A DNA stretch of 64,000 nucleotides from the NCBI GenBank assembly GCA_963841435.1, contig CAWJCS010000005.1, forward strand, positions 352,001 to 416,000, in the 5' to 3' direction. The first letter of the stretch is position 1. Each line of letters starts with the position of its first letter. A program made the translations under genes and the position numbers. Below, piece after piece: positions 57,199-64,000 of this stretch. The notes beneath the pieces were generated by a model, which was not told the origin of the DNA, searched no databases, and saw nothing but the letters and a program-made list of their open reading frames with translations. This DNA comes from an uncultured delta proteobacterium (lineage in GTDB: Bacteria > Myxococcota_A > Polyangia > Polyangiales > Polyangiaceae).

Positions 57199-58575
57199 AT
57201 GCGCCTCCTCTTCGACCACGGGACCTTGGTTCTCGCCGAAGCGCCCGATCTGAATCTTGATTTCGTGCCGGGGTTGCTCTGGGACGACCGCGTCGCCCTC
57301 TTCCGTGCGCCGGCCTGGCGCTACCCCGACGTGGTCGAGTCGCTAACGCGGCGAGGGCTGCCTTTTCGCGATGAAGTTCGCGCCCCTACCACGGCCACCC
57401 AAGCCACGGGACCGTGGTGCGCGGTCGAGCTGCGGCCCTATCAAACGGCCGCCGCGTTCTCCTGGGAGCTCTCTGGTCGGCGCGGGCTCGTGGTCCTGCC
57501 GACAGGGAGCGGCAAGACGCGCGTCGCTATGGCGGCCATGGCGACCACGGGGGCAAGAGCGTTGTGCCTCGTCCCGACGAGGGTACTTCTCGAGCAGTGG
57601 CTCGCCGAGCTCCAGAGAGTCCATGAAGGGCCGGTCGGGTGTCTGGGCGACGGTCAGCGGCGCATCGAGGCCGTCACGGTGGCGACGTTCGAAAGCGCTT
57701 ACCGCCACATGCCCCGCATCGGTCGAGACTTCGAGCTCTTGATCGTGGACGAGGTTCACCACTTCGGAGTCGGGATCCGTGATGAGGTGCTCGAGATGTC
57801 CGTCGCACGTTTTCGCCTTGGGCTCACCGCGACACCGCCCGAGAATCAGGCCCTCACTCGACTGAACGAGCTCGTGGGACCCGTCGTGTACCAGCTGGCT
57901 GTGGGTGACCTCGCCGGGACTTGGCTTGCCGAATTCGACCTCGTCGTCCTTCAGCTCGGAATGAACGCTGACGAGCGCGAGCGCTACGCCGCCGATCATC
58001 GCGTCTTTTCAGAGGTCAACCGCCGCTTCCGGCGTCTGCATCCCCAGGGAACCTGGCAGGAATTCGTCTTCGCCGCGTCGCAGTCGAGTGACGGGCGAGC
58101 GGCGCTCTCGGCGTGGCGGAGGACCCAACGGCTGATCGCTTTCACGCGGGCGAAAGCCGACGCAGTGGGCGTGCTGCTCGAGCGTCACCCCGACGCGCGG
58201 GTTCTGATCTTTACCGGAGACAACGAGAGCGCGTACGCGATTGCGCGCGAGCACTTGATCATGCCGATCACCTGCGATGTCTCGCGCACCGAACGCGCGC
58301 GCGCCCTCGAAGCCTTCAGGAGCGGTGAGCTCCGTGCCCTTGTCAGCGCGCGCGTGCTCAACGAGGGCATCGACGTGCCGGATGCCGAGGTCGCCATCAT
58401 CGTGGCGGGTGCGCACGGAAAGCGCGAGCACGTTCAGCGCGTCGGTCGGCTGCTCCGCCCGGCACCCGGGAAACGGGCGGTCGTGTACGAGCTCGTGACC
58501 ATGGCGACGGGCGAAGCGAGGAGAGCGCGCGAAAGGAGGCACGCACTTGCTGCCACAAACCCTGCTGGCGCTTAG
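57199..58575 (+). CDS. XPB/Rad25-like SF2 helicase
   Basis: LRPYQ, LPTGSGKT, DEVHH, LGLTAT, LNEGIDVP, QRVGRLLR. Confidence 0.9.
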   Translation: MRLLFDHGTLVLAEAPDLNLDFVPGLLWDDRVALFRAPAWRYPDVVESLTRRGLPFRDEVRAPTTATQATGPWCAVELRPYQTAAAFSWELSGRRGLVVLPTGSGKTRVAMAAMATTGARALCLVPTRVLLEQWLAELQRVHEGPVGCLGDGQRRIEAVTVATFESAYRHMPRIGRDFELLIVDEVHHFGVGIRDEVLEMSVARFRLGLTATPPENQALTRLNELVGPVVYQLAVGDLAGTWLAEFDLVVLQLGMNADERERYAADHRVFSEVNRRFRRLHPQGTWQEFVFAASQSSDGRAALSAWRRTQRLIAFTRAKADAVGVLLERHPDARVLIFTGDNESAYAIAREHLIMPITCDVSRTERARALEAFRSGELRALVSARVLNEGIDVPDAEVAIIVAGAHGKREHVQRVGRLLRPAPGKRAVVYELVTMATGEARRARERRHALAATNPAGA

Positions 58576-59797
58576 TACTCGAACCGACGGGGAAAGCATC
58601 GTCCCGCACTACCTCACCGAGCGTGATCATCCGTGGCTCCGGGCGGTCCTCGACGAGCACGCTCGCTTCGTGGGGCGGAGACGGAGCGAGCTCTCCGAAC
58701 GGATGCGAGAGCCCCTTCCGGTCCGGGCACCGCGGGCCAAGTTGCGCGTGGTGTCCCATCTCTTGGATGCGCTGGGACGCGACCACACCGCTACCGCCGT
58801 GCCGCCACGTGAAGCACGCTGGTCCACCTTTCGAGCGGCGACTCGGCGTCCAATGGTCCGCAGCGCCGTCCTCGCGAACGCGGCGCGTGCCCTCAACGTG
58901 AGCCCCAGCGACGTCGAATCGGCCCTGTTCGGAGATCTGAAGAGCGAGCGCCGGGTCGCAGCGCTGCCGGAGGATCTCGGCCCCGCGCGCCTCGCCGTCG
59001 AAGCCAACCTGTCAATCGTGGGCTCTCTGCTCCGGCGCGCGGCGCGCGTTCGCATCACGGCTTGGGGGAACACGCGCGCTCTCCTTCGGCAGGCACGACT
59101 CATGGGGCTCATCTGCCTGGTGAAGCGAGCGCCACCGCCCGGGGAGGAATGGCGCTCTGCTGTCGCTGGGTTCGACGAGGTGCCATGCAGCGAGCCTGCC
59201 GAAGGCGTCGTTCTCGACGTGTCGGGACCCTTCACGTTATTCCGACACACCGAGGTCTACGGCCGAGCCCTCGCTGGGCTCGTTCCGCGAGCAGCCTGGT
59301 GCAACCGCTTCGAGCTCGTCGCCGATTGTGCGCTCGGTCGGGGCGGCCACACCGCGAAGCTCGTGGTGCGCTCGGGGGACCCAATTGCCCCCGGCCGCGA
59401 GCTCGCCCGCTACGATAGCCGTCTCGAAGAGCGCTTCGAGCACGACTTTCGCCGTGCGGCGCCCACGTGGGACCTGGTGCGCGAGCCGCGCCCCGTGGAG
59501 GCCGCCGGCACTCTCATCTTCCCCGACTTCGAGCTCTTGCACCGGCGCGATCCCGAGCGCCGATGGCTGCTGGAGATCGCGGGCTTCTGGACGCCGGAGT
59601 ACCTCGAGTCCAAGCTCCGACGACTGCGCGCAGCAGGTCTTCATCGGTTGGTGCTCTGCATTGACGAGCGTCGGCGCTGCACCGATGCGGAGTTCCCTCG
59701 CGACGCCTGGGTCGTACGCTACCGGAACCGGATCGACCCAGCGGCGATCCTGGCGATCGTCGACCCACAGAGCACGAAACCACCGTGTCGCGCGTGA
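58547..59797 (+). CDS. DUF790 family (Bax1-like) nuclease
   Basis: SGPFTLFRHTEVYG, YDSRLEERF, IFPDF, LEIAGFWTPEYL..KL; overlaps the helicase. Confidence 0.85.
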   Translation: MLPQTLLALSTRTDGESIVPHYLTERDHPWLRAVLDEHARFVGRRRSELSERMREPLPVRAPRAKLRVVSHLLDALGRDHTATAVPPREARWSTFRAATRRPMVRSAVLANAARALNVSPSDVESALFGDLKSERRVAALPEDLGPARLAVEANLSIVGSLLRRAARVRITAWGNTRALLRQARLMGLICLVKRAPPPGEEWRSAVAGFDEVPCSEPAEGVVLDVSGPFTLFRHTEVYGRALAGLVPRAAWCNRFELVADCALGRGGHTAKLVVRSGDPIAPGRELARYDSRLEERFEHDFRRAAPTWDLVREPRPVEAAGTLIFPDFELLHRRDPERRWLLEIAGFWTPEYLESKLRRLRAAGLHRLVLCIDERRRCTDAEFPRDAWVVRYRNRIDPAAILAIVDPQSTKPPCRA

Positions 59798-59953
59798 GAC
59801 ACAGCGTGGCGATTCGCCCTCGCCGGGCCGCCGCTGAATTCGCGCTACGCTGGAGTGACTCGCAACCAGCGGGGGCGTTTCCTCGGGTAGAATGGCACCG
59901 CAACGAAGTTCATGTTACTACTCAGTTCGTACCTACGTATAACGCCGCATCCC

Positions 59954-60178
59954 ATGATCAAGAAACTCTCCGCCGTCGGCAACAGCCTTGGCCTCATCAT
60001 CGAGCGCCCGATCCTCGAGTTGCTCGAGATCACCAAGGACACGCCCCTCGAGATCAAGACGGACGGCAAGGCCCTCATTATCCGTCCGTCCAGGCTCAAC
60101 AAGAAGGAGCGGATCCGTGAGTCCACGAAGCGGATGATGTCGATCCACGAGCAGACCCTTCGAAAACTGGCGAAGTGA
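59954..60178 (+). CDS. AbrB/MazE-type antitoxin
   Basis: KKLSAVGNSLGLII; GTGA overlap with doc. Confidence 0.88.
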   Translation: MIKKLSAVGNSLGLIIERPILELLEITKDTPLEIKTDGKALIIRPSRLNKKERIRESTKRMMSIHEQTLRKLAK

Positions 60179-60570
60179 CCTTGGCCGAGCCGCTCTTCCT
60201 CGATGTCGAGGACGTCATCGCGATCCACGCGACCCAGCTGGAGGCGTACGGAGGCTCAGCAGGTCTGCGCGACCGTGGGCTGCTCGAATCCGCAGTGGCA
60301 CAGCCGCAAGCTTCGTTCGGCGGCGAGTTTGCCAACGAAGGTCCGTTTGCAATGGCGTCAGCGTATCTTTTTCACATCGTCAGCAATCATCCATTCGTCA
60401 ACGGGAACAAGCGAACGGGGCTGCTGGCGGCTGTGGTCTTCCTCGACGTGAACGGCATCAGCCTCGAGCAGCCGTCCGACGACCTCTACGACCTGACGAT
60501 GGGCGTGGCCCAGGGGCGCCTCGACAAACCAGCCATCGCCGCCGAGCTCGAGCGCATCGCCAGAAAATGA
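60175..60570 (+). CDS. doc: death-on-curing (Doc/Fic) toxin
   Basis: GLRDRGLLESA, NHPFVNGNKRTG. Confidence 0.9.
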   Translation: MTLAEPLFLDVEDVIAIHATQLEAYGGSAGLRDRGLLESAVAQPQASFGGEFANEGPFAMASAYLFHIVSNHPFVNGNKRTGLLAAVVFLDVNGISLEQPSDDLYDLTMGVAQGRLDKPAIAAELERIARK

Positions 60571-60573
60571 GCC

Positions 60574-60995
60574 TCAGCGCGATTTTCGAGGACGGGGCCG
60601 CTTCGTCGCCGGCGTCGGGCTCCCGCGGCGCGTCGCCGAGTTCGCCGGGGCCGCGGAGCTTGCTGAATATCGGGTGGCATTCTTCCGGGCACGCTCCGGT
60701 GCGGTCGCTTTCGCTGAGCGCGCGGCCCCGGTCGCCGGCACGGCGGGCTTTCCTTCTTCGATCTCAATGCCAAACAGCTCGGGCAAGGAAGCTCCGGCGA
60801 GCGTGCCGCGCCGCGCTGCTCCTCCAAGTCGGGGCTCGCGCACACTCTAGCGACGAACCTCTTGCCGAGCTCGCGGAACCACGCCGCGCTGGCGGGAAGC
60901 GAGGTTTCGAGCTCGCTAGCTCCGAGGTTCAGCACTCCGTGGGACCAGCCGCGCTCGAACGCAGCCTCAATGCGTGTCGCGGCGGCCGAATCAAC
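60574..60995 (-). pseudogene. fused remnants: SNF2-helicase-like N-terminus joined to a SWIM-protein-like C-terminus
   Basis: RIEAAFERGWSHGVLNLGASE..LP...WFRELGKRFV, then LAGASLPELFGIEI with a basic tail; family assignment from memory. Confidence 0.5.
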
Positions 60996-61690
60996 CGGTA
61001 GGTGCCGACGAAGAGCACGGGCGGCGGCTCCGGCGGGCTGAGCAAGTCGATCAGCAGCCGTACGCTGTCGTTGTCGGTCCACTGCAGGTCGTCGACGAAC
61101 AACACCACTCGTACCCGGTCCGCCATCCGCGAGAGGATCTGGCGCAGGGCTCCGAACGCCCGGCGCCGTAGCTCGTTGGGATCCGCGGTGGCGTCGGGGC
61201 GACCGGGGGAGCGCGCCACGACGTTGACTCGCGTGAGAACGGGGAAGATGCGGGTCAGCTCGTGAATTTCGCGCGGCACGAGCAGCGCTGCATCCGCGGG
61301 CGGCAGCTGTCCGAGATAGCGGGTCAGCGCATCGATCGCGCCGTCCAGCGCCTTGTAGGGCACTGACTCGCGCTCGTAGCAGCGGCCGGCGAGCACGACC
61401 GCCCCCCGAGCGCGAGCGTCTTCGGTAAACCGTTCCACGAGCGCCGTCTTGCCCATGCCCGACGCACCTTGAACGAACACGAGTCGAGGCTTCCCTTCGA
61501 GCTCCTCCAGCGCATCCCGCAGGCTCTGGAGCTCGTCCCCACGACCGACGAACGCCACGTCGCCCAGCGACGGCGAGGCCGGGTGACCGCCGACGGAGGG
61601 TGGGCGGTCACCGAGGCACCGGAGAATCTCGTCCCCACCCGGCCGGTCCGCAGGCGCGCGGCAGAGCAGCCGCATGCAGAGCTCGGTTCA
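60996..61690 (-). pseudogene. internal fragment of a kinase-AAA ATPase protein
   Basis: Kinase end MRLL.RAP.DRP, FVGR..EL, GASGMGKT, VDDLQW; both ends missing. Confidence 0.75.
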
Positions 61691-61713
61691 GCGAGAAGGC
61701 GAGCGCCCCGGGT

Positions 61714-62748
61714 CTACGAGCGCGAGGTCCCCTCGACTTCGAGGATCAGATCGGGCCCATACGCCTTGGCGGGTGTTTGGAATCCGACCGGAGCATCGCC
61801 GCGTGCGGCTCGCTCTGCGACCATCAGCGCGGTGGTGACCGTCACCTGATAGCCCTCCGGCGTTCGGAGGTGAGCTTCGACGGTTTCGCCCCGGTCGTTT
61901 TCGACCTTGCCCCACAGGCGCGTCTCACCGGTCGTGCGCGTCGCCTCGTCGGGTCCCCCCTCGGGCACGCGGCTCTCGAGGAAGCGTTGCATGGGCGCTG
62001 TGCGAAGAAGGCCTCCGAGGTATCGACTCACCTTCAGGAAGCGCCGGAGACCGGACGGAGCCGCCGCGAAGACTTCGATGTTCCCGATGCCCGTGCTGTA
62101 GAAGGCCGTCGATACGTCGCCCCATGGGATCGTCACGCACGTGCGTATCAGCCCTTCGAAATCGACGTCCATCGTCTTCCACGCGGCGGGTACGCTGACG
62201 ATCTTCCCGTCCCTGCGGACCGCCCCGGTGCCGAGGTGCTCGATCGACGTGACGGTCGTACCGTGCGAGAGCTTGCTCGAGCCCGCAAAGGCCAGGGTCA
62301 GCCGCGTCGCATCATCGAGCCGCCGGGCCAGATGAACGGCGAGGCAATCGGTCGGAACCACGTCGAACCCGACGCCGGGCATGAGCATGACCCCAGCCGC
62401 CTGTGCGGCCTCGCTCCGAGCGGCCAACGCTTCGAACACTCCAATCTCTCCGGTGATGTCCAAGTAGTGGGTCTTGGTGCGCAGGCAGGCATCGACCATC
62501 GGTGCCGCAGTCCGGGAGAAAGGCCCGGCGCAGTGCAGCACCACATCCACACCCTCGAGTGCTTCAACGAGCTTCTTCTCGTCGTCGAGTGCGACGATCC
62601 GCTGCGAGCAGCCGAGACGCTCGGCGAGCGGCTGGATCTTCGCCCGCGAGCGCCCAGCCAGGATCGGCCTCGCGCCTCGCGCCACCGCACGCTCGGCAAT
62701 GAGCGCGCCGGTGTATCCGGCGGCGCCGTAGACGAGGACGTTGTCCAT
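61714..62748 (-). CDS. saccharopine dehydrogenase family oxidoreductase
   Basis: YGAAGYTG, HCAGPF, HYLDITGE, GFDVVPTD. Confidence 0.9.
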   Translation of the reverse strand: MDNVLVYGAAGYTGALIAERAVARGARPILAGRSRAKIQPLAERLGCSQRIVALDDEKKLVEALEGVDVVLHCAGPFSRTAAPMVDACLRTKTHYLDITGEIGVFEALAARSEAAQAAGVMLMPGVGFDVVPTDCLAVHLARRLDDATRLTLAFAGSSKLSHGTTVTSIEHLGTGAVRRDGKIVSVPAAWKTMDVDFEGLIRTCVTIPWGDVSTAFYSTGIGNIEVFAAAPSGLRRFLKVSRYLGGLLRTAPMQRFLESRVPEGGPDEATRTTGETRLWGKVENDRGETVEAHLRTPEGYQVTVTTALMVAERAARGDAPVGFQTPAKAYGPDLILEVEGTSRS

Positions 62749-62822
62749 GGCGCTTCGCGAAGGAGGGTGCATGACAGCCGATTCGCAGGCTAGCGCAGGA
62801 GTCCCGCCCGCTCGAAGACCGA

Positions 62823-62862
62823 ATTCCGAAAACGCGTCACGCTATTCCGGAAACGCGTCACG
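62823..62862. promoter_or_regulatory. 21-bp-period direct repeat, candidate transcription factor site
   Basis: ATTCCGAAAACGCGTCACG / ATTCCGGAAACGCGTCACG between divergent genes. Confidence 0.55.
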
Positions 62863-62945
62863 AGCCTGTGGCGCTTCGTTCCCGCGCCTCTTGACTCGGT
62901 CCAGGCGATGTCAGTACGGATGAGCGAGGTGGGGTCGAGGTGTCC

Positions 62946-64000
62946 ATGGCTGGTCTAAGAAAAAATTCTCTTCTTCGGGGGCTTCCGCTCGCAGCGGCAA
63001 TGTTTCTTGCAGGCTGCGGTGACGAAGCCCCAAGTACTGACGGGAACGCGGCGGGGGAGAGCTCGACGATCGAGCGGCAGATCACGAGCGGGGTACCGAC
63101 GGAGATCAACTTCGCGCTGGCGCCGCACGCGCAATGTTTGGTGAAGGAAGCGCCGAGCGAGACCACCCCGGTACCGCTCTTCGCCGACGACACGGGCGTG
63201 GTGAGCTTTGATTATCTGGCCGAAGGCGACGCGGGCAGTCACCGCCAGCTCGAGCTGGAGTGCGAGGCCGACGGCGTCACGTTTGCGCGCACGCTGGACA
63301 TCGAGCTCACCGCGGAAGCCGTCGAGCCGGTGCGCGTGGTCGGGACCGTCAATGGGCGAATCCGCCCGGCGCTGCTTGCCCCCGACACACTTTCCGACGA
63401 CGAGCTCGTGGCGAAAGACTATCCCCCTCGTCCCGGACCGCTCAGCTCTCTGGAAGCACGGGAAGCCTGGACGAGACTGGTCACCACGCCCGCCGAGTTC
63501 ATCGAGCCGAGGCTTTCGGACGCAGGCCGACAGTTTGCAACGGCGCGGACCTCCTCCAACTGGAGCGGGTTCGTGTTCAGTAAGCCGGCCGGTACTTTCC
63601 GTCTCGTCATCGGGACGTTTACGGTCGTGCCCCTCCTTTCGACCGTCGCGGAATGCGCGACCATATCCAAAACCGAGGCGGCCTCGTGGGTTGGCATCGG
63701 CGGCTGGGGATCGAGCGATATCGTCCAGCTTGGTGTCGATGAGATGTCGAATTGCTGGTACAGCGGCACTCGCAGCGGATACTACTCGCGAGTCAACTCG
63801 TACCGGACTTGGATTGAGCTCCTTCCGAAGGAGCCTCAGTGGATCACGAGCTTCACGGTCAAGCCAGGCGATCAAATCATGACTGTGGCGTATGCTGGCG
63901 ATTCGGACCAGACCGTCAACACGGCGGGGCGCTACGGTTGGTTTCAATTCAACAATCTAACCCGCGGGACCTACACGAAGCTCTCGGTCTCGTTCCCCTC
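62946..64000 (+). CDS. G1 family glutamic peptidase lipoprotein (partial; runs off the window)
   Basis: Translated by hand, as it is absent from the ORF track: MFLAGC lipobox, DDELVAKDYPPRP, TSSNWSG, SWVGIGG, IVQLG, WIELLP, VKPGD. Confidence 0.85.
   Translation, partial: MAGLRKNSLLRGLPLAAAMFLAGCGDEAPSTDGNAAGESSTIERQITSGVPTEINFALAPHAQCLVKEAPSETTPVPLFADDTGVVSFDYLAEGDAGSHRQLELECEADGVTFARTLDIELTAEAVEPVRVVGTVNGRIRPALLAPDTLSDDELVAKDYPPRPGPLSSLEAREAWTRLVTTPAEFIEPRLSDAGRQFATARTSSNWSGFVFSKPAGTFRLVIGTFTVVPLLSTVAECATISKTEAASWVGIGGWGSSDIVQLGVDEMSNCWYSGTRSGYYSRVNSYRTWIELLPKEPQWITSFTVKPGDQIMTVAYAGDSDQTVNTAGRYGWFQFNNLTRGTYTKLSVSFP

Overview
GC-rich, myxobacterium-like DNA (MYXO-CTERM tail at 1-150, many Gly/Cys-rich lipoproteins, Ser/Thr kinase domains); a Sorangiineae/Polyangiaceae origin is my inference. 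There are three zones. (1) Accessory island, about 2-23.6 kb, ending at the 3' side of tRNA-Ser(GCT). Its main feature is a cassette array at 3156-9660: one full-length Asp-box lipoprotein gene 'A', then four divergent alleles of a 16-Cys lipoprotein 'B'. B2-B4 are each preceded by an orphan 3' fragment of A that carries the B start codon. The island also has an ISCR/IS91-type HUH transposase whose oriIS-like end occurs three times in direct orientation, each copy just to the right of a different block of secreted-protein genes. An AbiEii-type toxin-antitoxin pair, a tRNA-Arg-like element and tRNA-Ser end scars complete the zone. (2) Core-like genes, about 24-54.7 kb: ZIP-like transporter, sppA, sspB-like, sixA-like, a two-component system, uppS, aroD, CPA1 antiporter, GH15, EmrAB/TetR, an orphan bufferin-like precursor, and an ECF sigma/anti-sigma/GH54 module. 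(3) A second variable zone after tRNA-Arg(TCT): Kelch lipoprotein, XPB-like helicase plus DUF790, AbrB/Doc toxin-antitoxin pair, collapsed gene remnants and a G1 peptidase. Seven genes carry single-base frameshifts, mostly in short homopolymers, which are probably sequencing errors. All family calls come from recognising motifs by eye; no database searches were run.
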